This document shows positions 28,811-38,956 of a stretch of 64,000 bases of DNA, piece after piece. A program made the translations under genes and the position numbers. Where the stretch lies: the NCBI GenBank assembly GCA_013316825.1, contig WSLY01000008.1, positions 14,414-78,413 on the forward strand, given 5' to 3'. This stretch comes from Lachnospiraceae bacterium. Its GTDB lineage: Bacteria; Bacillota; Clostridia; Lachnospirales; Lachnospiraceae. Positions within the stretch are counted from its first letter, which is position 1, and each line of letters begins with the position of its first letter. Below the pieces are notes generated by a model. It was not told the DNA's origin. It searched no databases and was given only the letters and a program-made list of their open reading frames with translations.

Positions 28811-30142
28811 ATGAGTTTACAGGTAGAAAAATTAGAAAAAAATATGGCGAAGCTTACCATAGAGGTGTCCGCTGAAGAACTGGAAAAGGCATTGGAAAGT
28901 GCTTATCAGAAGAATAAAAATAAGATGAGCATCCCGGGCTTCCGCAAGGGAAAGGTTCCCCGTAAGATGATTGAGCAGATGTATGGAGCGGCTGTTTTTT
29001 ATGAAGATGCTGCAAATGAAATCATTCCGGATGCGTATGAGAAGGCATTGGCAGAGTGCAGCGAAGAGGTAGTATCTTCCCCCACGATTGACGTGGTACA
29101 GATTGAAAAAGGCAAGCCTTTTATCTTTACGGCTGAGGTTGCATTAAAGCCGGAAGTAACATTGGGCAAATACAAGGGCGTAAAAGTAGAGAAGACAGAG
29201 GTTACGGTAACAGAGGAAGAAATTGCGGCACAGATAGAGAAAGAAAGAGAAAACAGCGCAAGAACCATTACTGTGACGGACAGAGCGGTAAAGGACGGCG
29301 ATATCACCACGCTGGATTTTGAAGGCTTTGTGGACGGCGTGCCGTTCGAGGGCGGAAAAGGCGGCGACTATCCGCTTACCATCGGCTCCGGCTCTTTTAT
29401 CCCGGGCTTTGAGGAGCAGTTGATTGGCGCAGAGATTGGCAAAGAAACAGAAGTGAATGTAACGTTCCCTGCGGATTATCATTCCGCAGATTTGGCAGGC
29501 AAGGCGGCCGTATTCAAATGTACTGTAAAAGAAATCAAGGAAAAGGAGCTTCCTGAGCTGGACGACGAATTTGCCAGCGAGGTTTCTACCTTTGATACCC
29601 TTGCAGAATACAAGGAAGATGTAAAGAAGACTTTGGAGCAGCAGAAGGCGGATGCGGCAAAGAGCGCAAAGGAAGAGGCGGTTATCGGAGCGGTTATCGA
29701 GGATGCCAAGATGGAGATTCCCGATGCCATGGTGGAAACCGAGCAGAGACAGATGGTTGACGAGTTTGCACAGCGGATGCAGATGCAGGGGCTGACCATG
29801 GAGCAGTATATGCAGTTTACCGGAACCAATCCCCAGATGCTTTTAGAGCAGGCAAAGCCGCAGGCGCTTAAGAGGATTCAGTCGAGACTGGTACTGGAGG
29901 CGGTTGCCAAGGAAGAAAATCTGGCGGCTGACGACGCAGAGTACGAGGCAGAAATAAAGGATATGGCTGAAAAGTACCAGATGGAGCCGGATAAGATTCA
30001 GGAAATGCTGGGCGAGAGAGGCAGCAGGCAGGTACGGGAAGATTTGGCAATCCGTAAGGCAGTAGATTTCCTTGTAGAGCATGCGAAGGAAGAAAAAGCA
30101 GCAAAGGCTAAGGAAAAAAAGGCAGATGAAGCTGACGCGTAA
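28811..30142 (+). CDS. tig: Trigger factor
   Basis: IPGFRKGKVP ribosome-binding motif; FKBP domain FIPGFEEQL. Confidence 0.97.
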   Translation: MSLQVEKLEKNMAKLTIEVSAEELEKALESAYQKNKNKMSIPGFRKGKVPRKMIEQMYGAAVFYEDAANEIIPDAYEKALAECSEEVVSSPTIDVVQIEKGKPFIFTAEVALKPEVTLGKYKGVKVEKTEVTVTEEEIAAQIEKERENSARTITVTDRAVKDGDITTLDFEGFVDGVPFEGGKGGDYPLTIGSGSFIPGFEEQLIGAEIGKETEVNVTFPADYHSADLAGKAAVFKCTVKEIKEKELPELDDEFASEVSTFDTLAEYKEDVKKTLEQQKADAAKSAKEEAVIGAVIEDAKMEIPDAMVETEQRQMVDEFAQRMQMQGLTMEQYMQFTGTNPQMLLEQAKPQALKRIQSRLVLEAVAKEENLAADDAEYEAEIKDMAEKYQMEPDKIQEMLGERGSRQVREDLAIRKAVDFLVEHAKEEKAAKAKEKKADEADA

Positions 30143-30270
30143 GCGGCATCGTATATAAGCGGCTGATAAACGGAGGATTAAGTTTTTCTTAAATCCTCTG
30201 TTTAAGGTTGCAAAGCTTTTCACGGTAAGCTATGATGAAAAAAAGTATATTGGAAAATGGAGGGTTTTTT

Positions 30271-30870
30271 ATGAGCTTAGTACCTTATGTCATAGAGCAG
30301 ACCAGCAGGGGCGAGCGTTCCTACGACATCTACTCCAGACTTTTAAAAGAAAGAATTATTTTTCTGGGAGAAGAAGTAAATGAAACCACGGCAAGCCTTG
30401 TGGTGGCGCAGCTTTTGTTTTTGGAGGCGGAGGATCCGGAAAAGGATATCAACCTTTATATTAACAGTCCGGGCGGCTCAGTGACGGCAGGTCTTGCGAT
30501 TTACGATACCATGCGCTTTATCAAATGCGACGTGTCGACCATCTGCATCGGGATGGCGGCGAGCATGGGCGCGTTTTTGCTTGCAGGCGGCACCAAGGGC
30601 AAGCGTATGGCGCTTCCCAATGCGGAGATTATGATTCACCAGCCTCTTGGCGGCGCACAGGGGCAGGCGACGGAGATTGAAATCGCAGCAAAGCATATTT
30701 TGCAGACGAAGGAAAAACTGAACCGTATGCTGGCAGAAAATACCGGTAAGGATTATGAAGTGATTGCTGCCGATACGGAAAGGGATAATTGGAAATCAGC
30801 AGAGGAAGCGCTGGAATACGGTCTGATTGACAAGGTGATTACCTCCCACGCTTTAGCGGAGGAGAAATAA
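30271..30870 (+). CDS. clpP: ATP-dependent Clp protease proteolytic subunit
   Basis: YINSPGG, AASMG and IHQP motifs. Confidence 0.97.
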   Translation: MSLVPYVIEQTSRGERSYDIYSRLLKERIIFLGEEVNETTASLVVAQLLFLEAEDPEKDINLYINSPGGSVTAGLAIYDTMRFIKCDVSTICIGMAASMGAFLLAGGTKGKRMALPNAEIMIHQPLGGAQGQATEIEIAAKHILQTKEKLNRMLAENTGKDYEVIAADTERDNWKSAEEALEYGLIDKVITSHALAEEK

Positions 30871-30954
30871 AAGAATATGCCGCGGAGTACCGCAGGCGTA
30901 AAATGTATCTGCAATGCGCGTTAAGGCATATGCGGCAGATATGGAAAGGAAGTT

Positions 30955-32220
30955 ATGGCAGGAAAAATTTCCGGCGGCGATATTAGATGCTCTTTTTGCA
31001 ATAAAACGCAGGACCAGGTCAGAAAGCTGATAGCGGGACCGGCGGGCATCTATATCTGCGATGAATGTATAGAAATTTGTGGAGATATTTTAGAGGAAGA
31101 ATTTGAAGAAGAAAACTTGCCTGCAGAGGAGACGCCGGATTTTAAGCTTTTAAAGCCGGTGGAAATCAAGCATTTTCTGGATGAATATGTAATCGGGCAG
31201 GAAGAGGCAAAGAAGGTGCTTTCCGTTGCCGTCTACAACCATTATAAGAGGGTGATGGCGCGCAGGGAGCCGGATGACGTGGAGCTGCAGAAAAGCAATG
31301 TGATTATGATAGGTCCTACCGGTTCCGGCAAAACCTATCTGGCGCAGACTTTGGCGAGAATTATCAATGTGCCCTTTGCCATTGCGGACGCGACGACGCT
31401 GACAGAGGCAGGATATGTAGGCGAGGATGTGGAAAACATTCTGTTAAAGCTGATACAGGCGGCGGATTATGATGTGGAGCGTGCCCAGTACGGCATGGTC
31501 TATATCGATGAAATTGACAAGATTACCAAGAAAAGTGAGAATGTGTCCATTACCCGTGATGTATCGGGCGAAGGCGTGCAGCAGGCGCTTTTAAAAATCA
31601 TAGAGGGCACGGAAGCAAGCGTACCGCCTCAGGGCGGCAGAAAGCATCCGCATCAGGAACTGATACAGATAGACACTTCTAATATTCTGTTTATCTGCGG
31701 CGGTGCTTTTGACGGTCTTGACAAAATTGTGGAGACGAGGCTTGACCGCAAGTCCATCGGTTTTAATGCGCCGGTGACGGAAAAGGCGGATAAGGAAATC
31801 GGCGAAATTCTTGGCGAGGTGACGCCGCAGGATTTGGTGAAGTTCGGGCTGATTCCTGAGTTTGTGGGACGTGTTCCCATCAACGTATCCTTGCAGGGGC
31901 TTGATAAGAAGGCGCTGAAGCGTATTCTGAAGGAGCCGAAAAACGCGCTGATTAAGCAGTATCAGAGGCTTTTTGAAATGGATGGCGTGGAGCTTACCTT
32001 TGAAGAGGACGCCATTGATGCCATAGCGGAGAAAGCGTTGGAGCGCAAGACAGGCGCGAGAGGGCTTCGCTCCATTATGGAAAGCGTGACGCTGGACACC
32101 ATGTATACCATACCTTCGGATGACACCATAGAGGCGGTTATCGTGACGAAGGGCGCAGTGGACGGTACTGCCAAGCCGCTGACGATACATCGGGAGACGG
32201 CTATGAAAAAAGCAAAGTAA
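30955..32220 (+). CDS. clpX: Clp protease ATP-binding subunit
   Basis: Zinc finger CSFC..CDEC; GPTGSGKT; GYVGED; RKHP; IGF loop. Confidence 0.97.
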   Translation: MAGKISGGDIRCSFCNKTQDQVRKLIAGPAGIYICDECIEICGDILEEEFEEENLPAEETPDFKLLKPVEIKHFLDEYVIGQEEAKKVLSVAVYNHYKRVMARREPDDVELQKSNVIMIGPTGSGKTYLAQTLARIINVPFAIADATTLTEAGYVGEDVENILLKLIQAADYDVERAQYGMVYIDEIDKITKKSENVSITRDVSGEGVQQALLKIIEGTEASVPPQGGRKHPHQELIQIDTSNILFICGGAFDGLDKIVETRLDRKSIGFNAPVTEKADKEIGEILGEVTPQDLVKFGLIPEFVGRVPINVSLQGLDKKALKRILKEPKNALIKQYQRLFEMDGVELTFEEDAIDAIAEKALERKTGARGLRSIMESVTLDTMYTIPSDDTIEAVIVTKGAVDGTAKPLTIHRETAMKKAK

Positions 32221-32227
32221 GTGAGTG

Positions 32228-32262
32228 AAACGCCGCTACTTTTTGAAGTGCGGCGTTTTTTT
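32228..32262 (+). terminator. Intrinsic terminator
   Basis: AAACGCCGC...GCGGCGTTTTTTT. Confidence 0.7.
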
Positions 32263-32285
32263 ACCATTGTAGAATGAGGGTTGAT

Positions 32286-34769
32286 ATGGAAGAGACAGTA
32301 AAGGAAATAAGACAGAATATGGAACAGATGCCCGCGGTAGCGCTGCGGGGGCTCAGTATACTGCCCGGCATGGTAATCCATTTTGATTTAAACAGGCCAA
32401 AATCCATATGCGCGGTAGAGCAGGCTATGTTAGGTGAGCAGCTTCTTTTTGTGGTGACGCAGAAGGAGGAAGCGACGGAGGAGCCAAAGCAGGAGGACCT
32501 ATATGAGGTGGGAACCGTTACCCGCGTAAAGCAGATGAGCCGGATGCCGAACGGCATTGTCCGCGTACTGGTGGAGGGAACGGACAGGGCGCGTCTGCTT
32601 TCCTTAAGCGAGGATACCAAGGAGTATCTTTCCGCTTTTGTTGTGCGATTGCCTCAGGATGCGGCAGATACGGATGAAAGGCATAAAGAAGCCATGACAA
32701 GACAGCTAAGGGAGCTGTATCACAGTTATAGTGCGCTGCATCCCAGAAGCGGAAAAATACTGGATAAAAAGCTGGATTCCATGGAGAATCTTGCGCTTAT
32801 CATAGACAGCATCACAAGCAGCCTGCCGCTTCCGGCTGCCACGAAGCAGACGATACTGGCGGCAGAGACATTGACGGAACGGTACGATTTTCTTTCGGAT
32901 GCGCTCTACAATGAAATCAGCGTGGGGCTGATTCGGAAAGAATTAAGCGAGAAGCTGCAGAAGAAGGTCAACAAAAACCAAAGGGATTATCTGCTCAGAG
33001 AGCAGATGAACGCCATCAGGGAAGAGCTGGGGGAAAACAACAGCATTTCCGATGCCGAGCTGTTTTTGGAAGAAGCAAAAAAGCTGAAGGCGGATAAGGA
33101 AGTGAAGGATAAACTGGAGAAGGAGATTTCCAGATTTAAGAGCCTGTCCGTAAGCAGCACGGAAAGCGCGGTGGAGCGCACTTACATTGAGACGCTCTTA
33201 GAGATGCCGTGGAATAAGGTTTCCAAAGAAAATACGGATATGAGCCGCGCCGAGCGGATTCTGGAGGAGGACCACTACGGACTGCAGCAGGTAAAGGAGC
33301 GCATTCTGGAATTTTTGGCTGTGAGAAGCTTAAAAGCCGCCCGTGCGGGGAAGACTGCCCAAACAGGGAAAGCAGCTCAAACAGGGAAGGCTGTCCAAAC
33401 AGGGAAGACCGTCCAAACAGGGAAGGCTGCCCAAACAGATAAAGCTGCCCTGCCTGAAAGTCCGATTATCTGTCTGGTGGGACCGCCGGGGACGGGAAAG
33501 AGCTCCATTGCAAAGAGCGTGGCGCGGGCGCTCTCCAGAGAGTATGTGCGCATCAGCTTAGGCGGCGTCAGGGACGAAGCGGAAATCAGAGGACACAGGC
33601 GGACTTATGTAGGAGCCATGCCCGGAAGGATTGCGGCGGGGTTAAAACAGGCGGGCGTAGGCAATCCGCTGATGCTTTTGGATGAGATAGACAAGGTGAG
33701 CAGCGACTACAAGGGAGACGTATCGTCGGCGCTTTTGGAAGTGCTTGACGGCGGGCAGAACAGCCGCTTTAGGGACCATTACATCGAACTTCCCATCAAT
33801 TTGTCCAAGGTGCTGTTTATTGCCACGGCAAATTCCACAGCGGGGATTCCCAAGCCGCTGCTTGACAGGATGGAGCTGATTGAGGTCAGCAGTTATACGG
33901 ACAATGAAAAATTCCACATTGCAAAGGAACATTTGCTGCAAAGGGCATATGAAAATCACGGACTGGATGACGGCAGTCTCATTATCGGTGACAGTGCCGT
34001 CAAAGCCGTGATAGAAGGTTATACAAGAGAAGCCGGCGTCAGAGGGCTGGAGCGTAAAATCGGCGAAATCTGCAGAAAAGCGGCGCGGGAGCTTTTAAAG
34101 GCGGAGCAGAAAAAGCCGGAACAGAAAAAGACGGGAAAGACGATAATTAAGGTTACGGTAAGAAACCTTGAAAAATATCTGGGGAAGGTGAAGTATACCA
34201 GAAATCCCGCCAATGTGACGGATGAGGTTGGTATTGTAAGAGGGCTTGCGTGGACCAGCGTCGGAGGCGATACGCTGCAGATAGAGGTAAACAAGATGCC
34301 GGGCAAGGGAGAACTGCGGCTGACAGGACAGATGGGCGATGTGATGAAGGAATCCGCCATGACGGGGCTGAGTTACGTCCGCTCCATCAGCAAAGCGTAC
34401 AACATACCGGCAGATACCTACAAAAAAAATGATTTCCATATACATATTCCGGAGGGAGCCGTACCCAAGGATGGTCCTTCTGCGGGAATTACCATGGCGA
34501 CGGCACTGGTGTCGGCGCTTACAGGCATTCCGGTCAAAGCCGACCTTGCCATGACGGGGGAGATTACGCTGCGCGGCAGGGTGCTACCCATAGGCGGGCT
34601 GAAGGAAAAGATACTTGCCGCTAAAATTGCAGGAATCAAGCAGGTGCTCGTGCCGAAAAAGAACGAAAAGGATGTGGAAGAAATAGATGCGGAAATCAAG
34701 TCGGGAGTGGACATTATTTTCGTTGAGCACATGGAAGAGGTGCTGAAGTATGCCTTAAGAACAGAGTAG
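32286..34769 (+). CDS. lon: Lon protease
   Basis: GPPGTGKS, HRRTYVGAMPG, PKDGPSAG and catalytic Lys in GLKEK. Confidence 0.96.
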   Translation: MEETVKEIRQNMEQMPAVALRGLSILPGMVIHFDLNRPKSICAVEQAMLGEQLLFVVTQKEEATEEPKQEDLYEVGTVTRVKQMSRMPNGIVRVLVEGTDRARLLSLSEDTKEYLSAFVVRLPQDAADTDERHKEAMTRQLRELYHSYSALHPRSGKILDKKLDSMENLALIIDSITSSLPLPAATKQTILAAETLTERYDFLSDALYNEISVGLIRKELSEKLQKKVNKNQRDYLLREQMNAIREELGENNSISDAELFLEEAKKLKADKEVKDKLEKEISRFKSLSVSSTESAVERTYIETLLEMPWNKVSKENTDMSRAERILEEDHYGLQQVKERILEFLAVRSLKAARAGKTAQTGKAAQTGKAVQTGKTVQTGKAAQTDKAALPESPIICLVGPPGTGKSSIAKSVARALSREYVRISLGGVRDEAEIRGHRRTYVGAMPGRIAAGLKQAGVGNPLMLLDEIDKVSSDYKGDVSSALLEVLDGGQNSRFRDHYIELPINLSKVLFIATANSTAGIPKPLLDRMELIEVSSYTDNEKFHIAKEHLLQRAYENHGLDDGSLIIGDSAVKAVIEGYTREAGVRGLERKIGEICRKAARELLKAEQKKPEQKKTGKTIIKVTVRNLEKYLGKVKYTRNPANVTDEVGIVRGLAWTSVGGDTLQIEVNKMPGKGELRLTGQMGDVMKESAMTGLSYVRSISKAYNIPADTYKKNDFHIHIPEGAVPKDGPSAGITMATALVSALTGIPVKADLAMTGEITLRGRVLPIGGLKEKILAAKIAGIKQVLVPKKNEKDVEEIDAEIKSGVDIIFVEHMEEVLKYALRTE
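33348..33450 (+). repeat. In-frame 18-nt tandem repeat (5 full units and a partial) within lon
   Basis: GGGAAGACTGCCCAAACA-like units encoding GK(T/A)(A/V)QT. Confidence 0.9.
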
Positions 34770-34788
34770 TGAAAGGAGAAGGCTGAAA

Positions 34789-35379
34789 ATGGTAATTAGG
34801 AATGTGAGTCTGGAGACTGTCTGCGGCATCACCAGTAAGATACCGGATAACCTGCTTCCTGAAGTAGCGTTTGCAGGAAAGAGCAATGTGGGGAAATCTT
34901 CCCTGATTAACGCTTTGATGAACCGGAAATCCCTTGCCCGCACCAGTTCGCAGCCTGGCAAGACACAGACAATCAATTTTTACAATATCAACAATGAAAT
35001 CTATTTTGTGGATTTGCCGGGGTACGGCTATACGCGTGCCAATGAAGAGGTCAAAGCAAAGTGGGGTAAAATGGTGGAAAACTATCTCCACAGGTCAAGA
35101 CGGCTCAAAGCGGTGTTTCTGCTTATCGATATCCGTCATGCGCCCGGCAGCAACGACTGCATTATGTATGACTGGATAAAAAAACAGGGGTATCAGCCTA
35201 TCATTATCGCTACCAAACTGGACAAGATAAAACGCAGCCAGTTGACAAAGCAGGTAAGTCTGATAAAAAGTACCCTGAAGGCAGGAGACGACACAACTGT
35301 AATTCCTTTTTCAGCGGAGAGCAAACAGGGAAGGGACGAAATTTACACGGTATTGGACAAGTTTTTAGAACAGTCTTAA
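34789..35379 (+). CDS. engB: Ribosome biogenesis GTPase YsxC/EngB
   Basis: GKSNVGKSS, DLPGYG and TKLD motifs; follows lon. Confidence 0.95.
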   Translation: MVIRNVSLETVCGITSKIPDNLLPEVAFAGKSNVGKSSLINALMNRKSLARTSSQPGKTQTINFYNINNEIYFVDLPGYGYTRANEEVKAKWGKMVENYLHRSRRLKAVFLLIDIRHAPGSNDCIMYDWIKKQGYQPIIIATKLDKIKRSQLTKQVSLIKSTLKAGDDTTVIPFSAESKQGRDEIYTVLDKFLEQS

Positions 35380-35391
35380 AAGAGGTTTTTT

Positions 35392-36660
35392 ATGAGTGAA
35401 TCGATGAAAAAGTACGTGAAGGCAGTATTAAATCTGGCGATTGCGCTGGTTATTCTGATTGCGGTCGTTTGGCTTGTGCCAAGAGGGATAGTATTTTTTC
35501 TGCCCTTTATCATTGGCTGGATTATTGCGCTGATTGCCGGTCCCATGGTGCGCTTTCTCGAGAAAAAATTGAAAATCCGAAGAAAGGCGGGCAGCGCTTT
35601 TGTCATCATTGCCGTTATCGGACTGGTGGTGCTTGTGGGGTATCTGCTTGTAGTCAACCTGTCTAAAGAGCTGGGAGGTTTTGTCAGGGACCTGCCTCAG
35701 ATGTGGGAGGATTTGCAGGAGGACTTTGATACAATAGCCAAAAACCTGAGTGTTGTCTATGACAAGCTGCCAAAGGACGTCAGGAATACCATAGATAAAA
35801 TTGCCGCTTCTGCGAGCAACTTTGCCGGAGAGCTTGTAGGAAAGCTTTCCAGCCCCACCATTGAAGCGGTGGGTAATTTTGCCAAATGGCTGCCCACTTT
35901 TCTGATAGGGTTGATTATGTGCCTGTTATCTTCCTATCTGTTTGTGGCGGAAAAGGAGCAGATTGGACAGGGCGTACAAAAGCATATGCCGGAAGCGCTG
36001 CTTTACCGGTTCAGGCTGATAAAAAGAAGTCTGGTAAAAGCGGTAGGCGGTTATTTTAAGGCGCAGATTAAGATAGAGGTCTGGATTTACCTGCTTTTGC
36101 TGATTGGATTTCTGGTTTTGGGCGTGGATTATGCGCCTTTGATTGCATTTGGCATCGCCATTCTGGATTTTCTTCCTTTTTTTGGAACCGGTACGGCGAT
36201 GGTGCCGTGGGCGATTGTCAAATTTTTAAGTGCGGATTATATCATGACGATTGCGCTTTTGGTTATCTGGGGTGTAAGCCAGCTCGTCAGGCAGATTATA
36301 CAGCCAAAGATTGTGGGAGATTCCGTGGGTGTGCCGCCGCTGCCGACTTTATTTCTTTTATATATTGGATACATGGTTGGCGGCGTAATGGGCATGATAG
36401 TAGCAGTACCGATAGGCATTATTCTTTTCACCATGTATGAGGAAGGCGCCTTTGACACCACCAAAAACAGCCTCAAAATCCTTTCGGCGGGGCTGAATCA
36501 TTTCCGCAGGCTGACACCGCAGGATTTGTATATCATAAACACTTACCGGCAGGAATGCGAGGAAGCGCTTGCAAGCCAGAAGCAGAAAGACGCGCAGGGG
36601 CAGGACGGTCGGAAGAAACAGGCGAAAGAAAAAGAGGAGCATCAGGATGCGCAATTTTAA
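35392..36660 (+). CDS. ytvI: Sporulation membrane protein YtvI (AI-2E family)
   Basis: LDFLPFFGTG, RQIIQPKIVG; multi-TM. Confidence 0.85.
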   Translation: MSESMKKYVKAVLNLAIALVILIAVVWLVPRGIVFFLPFIIGWIIALIAGPMVRFLEKKLKIRRKAGSAFVIIAVIGLVVLVGYLLVVNLSKELGGFVRDLPQMWEDLQEDFDTIAKNLSVVYDKLPKDVRNTIDKIAASASNFAGELVGKLSSPTIEAVGNFAKWLPTFLIGLIMCLLSSYLFVAEKEQIGQGVQKHMPEALLYRFRLIKRSLVKAVGGYFKAQIKIEVWIYLLLLIGFLVLGVDYAPLIAFGIAILDFLPFFGTGTAMVPWAIVKFLSADYIMTIALLVIWGVSQLVRQIIQPKIVGDSVGVPPLPTLFLLYIGYMVGGVMGMIVAVPIGIILFTMYEEGAFDTTKNSLKILSAGLNHFRRLTPQDLYIINTYRQECEEALASQKQKDAQGQDGRKKQAKEKEEHQDAQF

Positions 36661-37384
36661 GCTGCTTTTGGAATATGAGGGGACAAGGTATCAGGGCTGG
36701 CAGAAACAGGAAAACACCGAAAATACCATACAGGGAAAGCTGGAAACACTGCTTTGCAAAATGTGCGGCTCCAAGGTAGAGGTGCAGGGCAGCGGCAGGA
36801 CGGATGCCGGCGTACATGCGAGGGGACAGGTGGCGAATGCCCACATGGACACGGACATGACGGCGGAGGAAATTTTAGCCTATATGAACCGGTATCTGCC
36901 GAAGGATATCGGGGTAGTCTCAGTGGAGGAAGTACCCGAACGGTTTCACAGCCGCCTTCTCGTGAAAGAAAAAACCTATTGTTATCAGGTGATTAACAGC
37001 AGCATGCCGCATATATTTGACAGAAGGTATTCTTATGCGCATCCGGCGCCGCTCAATGTGGAGGCCATGCGTGCGGCGGCAGGGCGGCTTGTGGGAACTC
37101 ACGATTTTGCTGCGTTTACCTCGGCAAAAAAAGGAAAAAAATCTACCGTGAGAAGCATTACCGAGATAAGGATAGAAAAAGAGCAGGATATGCTGCGGTT
37201 TTATTTTCGGGGGAACGGCTTTTTGTTCCACATGGTTCGTATCCTCACCGGCACGCTTTTGGAAGTTGGAGAAGGCAGGCGGGCGCCTGAGGATATGGAA
37301 GTACTTTTGACCTGCGGGAACAGGGAACAGGCGGGGACGCTTGTGCCGGCTTTGGGGCTGACGCTGTTGGAAGTGCGTTATTAG
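36647..37384 (+). CDS. truA: tRNA pseudouridine(38-40) synthase
   Basis: YEGTRYQGWQ, GRTDAGVHA and FLFHMVR motifs. Confidence 0.95.
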   Translation: MRNFKLLLEYEGTRYQGWQKQENTENTIQGKLETLLCKMCGSKVEVQGSGRTDAGVHARGQVANAHMDTDMTAEEILAYMNRYLPKDIGVVSVEEVPERFHSRLLVKEKTYCYQVINSSMPHIFDRRYSYAHPAPLNVEAMRAAAGRLVGTHDFAAFTSAKKGKKSTVRSITEIRIEKEQDMLRFYFRGNGFLFHMVRILTGTLLEVGEGRRAPEDMEVLLTCGNREQAGTLVPALGLTLLEVRY

Positions 37385-37424
37385 GCTCGCTTTGGGGCAG
37401 CCGCGGCGGATATGGAGCAGTATC

Positions 37425-37913
37425 ATGATAAACAAGAAATATATGCGGATTCTTTTTATTCTGTATCTGCTGATATTGTTAAAGGTCATTATATTTAAGT
37501 ATCCGTTTACAGTGATGCAGCAGATTGCAGATTCTTGGAGTAAGGAGGTATTCTGGGAGGGGCTGAGCGGGGCAAATTTTGAATTGTTTCGGACAATCAA
37601 GCTCTACATCCGGCATTGGGACAACAAAGCGATTAACAGCTTTGGCAATCTGATTGGTAATATCGTTGCATTTATACCATTGGGCTATATGATGCCGAGG
37701 CTTCACAAGATATTTGAGAATCTGTTTATCTGTATGGCAACGGCGCTGCTCTTTGTTTTGGGTATCGAGCTGTTTCAGCTTTTTAGCGCGTTCGGCATTT
37801 TTGATGTAGATGATATCCTCCTGAACGGATTGGGCGCTTTTGCCGGCTATTTGTGTTTTGTACTGATGAAAGGCATACACAAAAGAATAGAAAAAAAGAA
37901 AGAGAAACTGTAA
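37425..37913 (+). CDS. VanZ-family membrane protein
   Basis: GNIVAFIPLG, IELFQ and FDVDDILLN motifs. Confidence 0.9.
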   Translation: MINKKYMRILFILYLLILLKVIIFKYPFTVMQQIADSWSKEVFWEGLSGANFELFRTIKLYIRHWDNKAINSFGNLIGNIVAFIPLGYMMPRLHKIFENLFICMATALLFVLGIELFQLFSAFGIFDVDDILLNGLGAFAGYLCFVLMKGIHKRIEKKKEKL

Positions 37914-37942
37914 AATCCGTTTGGTATTTTACAGTTTTTTTT
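37905..37942 (+). terminator. Intrinsic terminator
   Basis: AAACTGTAAAAT...ATTTTACAGTTTTTTTT. Confidence 0.7.
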
Positions 37943-38052
37943 CGCAAAATTAGCGATACCAGTTTTGACAAAATCCGCGGTATAATACACTCAAGAATCC
38001 AGCCGCTGCGCGTCTGCCGCGCTTTGCGCGCAAGGATTCTTTCATTACCATA

Positions 38053-38143
38053 TCAGGTGAAATCAAATGCGCATGATGCGGCAAGTGTCATTGTGCGCCT
38101 GCAATGCCAAGATACACGATTCGGAGTTTCACAATCGCCTAAA
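38053..38143 (-). repeat. Internally deleted copy of family III element
   Basis: Contains GCAAGTGTCATTGTGC (reverse complement of 55020-55035) and ends GAGTTTCACAATCGCCTAA. Confidence 0.7.
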
Positions 38144-38234
38144 AGGATTCGGGTGTCAAAAGCCCTGTCGGAAAATGTAGGTTGTCAATTTGACAGCAGG
38201 TAACTTCACTCAGGGCTTTTGACATCCGAATCCT
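38144..38234 (+). repeat. 24-bp inverted repeat in the leader of the response regulator gene
   Basis: AGGATTCGGGTGTCAAAAGCCCTG / CAGGGCTTTTGACATCCGAATCCT. Confidence 0.85.
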
Positions 38235-38267
38235 AAAAAATAAATTTTGAGGAAAGGAGAAGGCTGG

Positions 38268-38954
38268 GTGGACAGTATATTGATTTACGGCAGCATTGGC
38301 AGAATGGAGGAAATGCGGCATCTGTTTGCGGGGGAAAGCTATGAAGTACTAGAGACGGATGCCTTAGGCGGGCTGTATGAGCTGATTCGAAAAAAAGCGC
38401 CGCACCTTCTGCTTATGGGGCTTTCCGGAAGGGGAGAGGACGGTGTGGATATTGTGCGGGAAATCAGAAAAGAGAGTAGTATACCGATTCTTGTGCTTAT
38501 GGAACAGAATGCGGAGGGTGAAAAAATAGAAATGCTGGAGGCGGGAGCGGACGACTGTATTTCGTATACAGACTGCAGTCCGTTAGAGCTGCTGGCTAGG
38601 GCAAAATCAAGGCTCAGGCGCTATACCCGAATGTCCTGCGAAGCGGAAAGCAAAGAAAAGATATACAGGGTGCATGATTTGGTGATAAATGATATCAGCA
38701 AGCGGGTGTTCGTGGGGAAACAGGAGATAAAGCTGACGCCGATTGAATATGAGATTGTAAAGCTTCTGGTGCAGGAAAAAGGGAAAGTACTTTCCATCAG
38801 CCAGATTTATGAAGCCATCTGGCATATGAGACCCATTGGTGCGGACAATACCATAGCGGTCCATATCCATCATATCAGAGAGAAGCTGGAAGAAAACCCA
38901 AAGGAGCCAAGGTACATAAAGGCAGTCTGGGGAACCGGATACAAAGCAGGATGA
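38268..38954 (+). CDS. OmpR/PhoB-family regulator with atypical receiver domain
   Basis: Winged helix LTPIEYEI...IREKLE...VWGTGY; the receiver lacks the acidic pocket and the phospho-Asp. Confidence 0.85.
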   Translation: MDSILIYGSIGRMEEMRHLFAGESYEVLETDALGGLYELIRKKAPHLLLMGLSGRGEDGVDIVREIRKESSIPILVLMEQNAEGEKIEMLEAGADDCISYTDCSPLELLARAKSRLRRYTRMSCEAESKEKIYRVHDLVINDISKRVFVGKQEIKLTPIEYEIVKLLVQEKGKVLSISQIYEAIWHMRPIGADNTIAVHIHHIREKLEENPKEPRYIKAVWGTGYKAG

Positions 38955-38956
38955 GG

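Noticed and set aside
28690-32280. CtsR or CIRCE operators at tig-clpP-clpX-lon
   Set aside because: No convincing match to either consensus by eye.
37965-37986. Perfect TTGACA and TATAAT as one promoter
   Set aside because: The spacer is only 10 nt.
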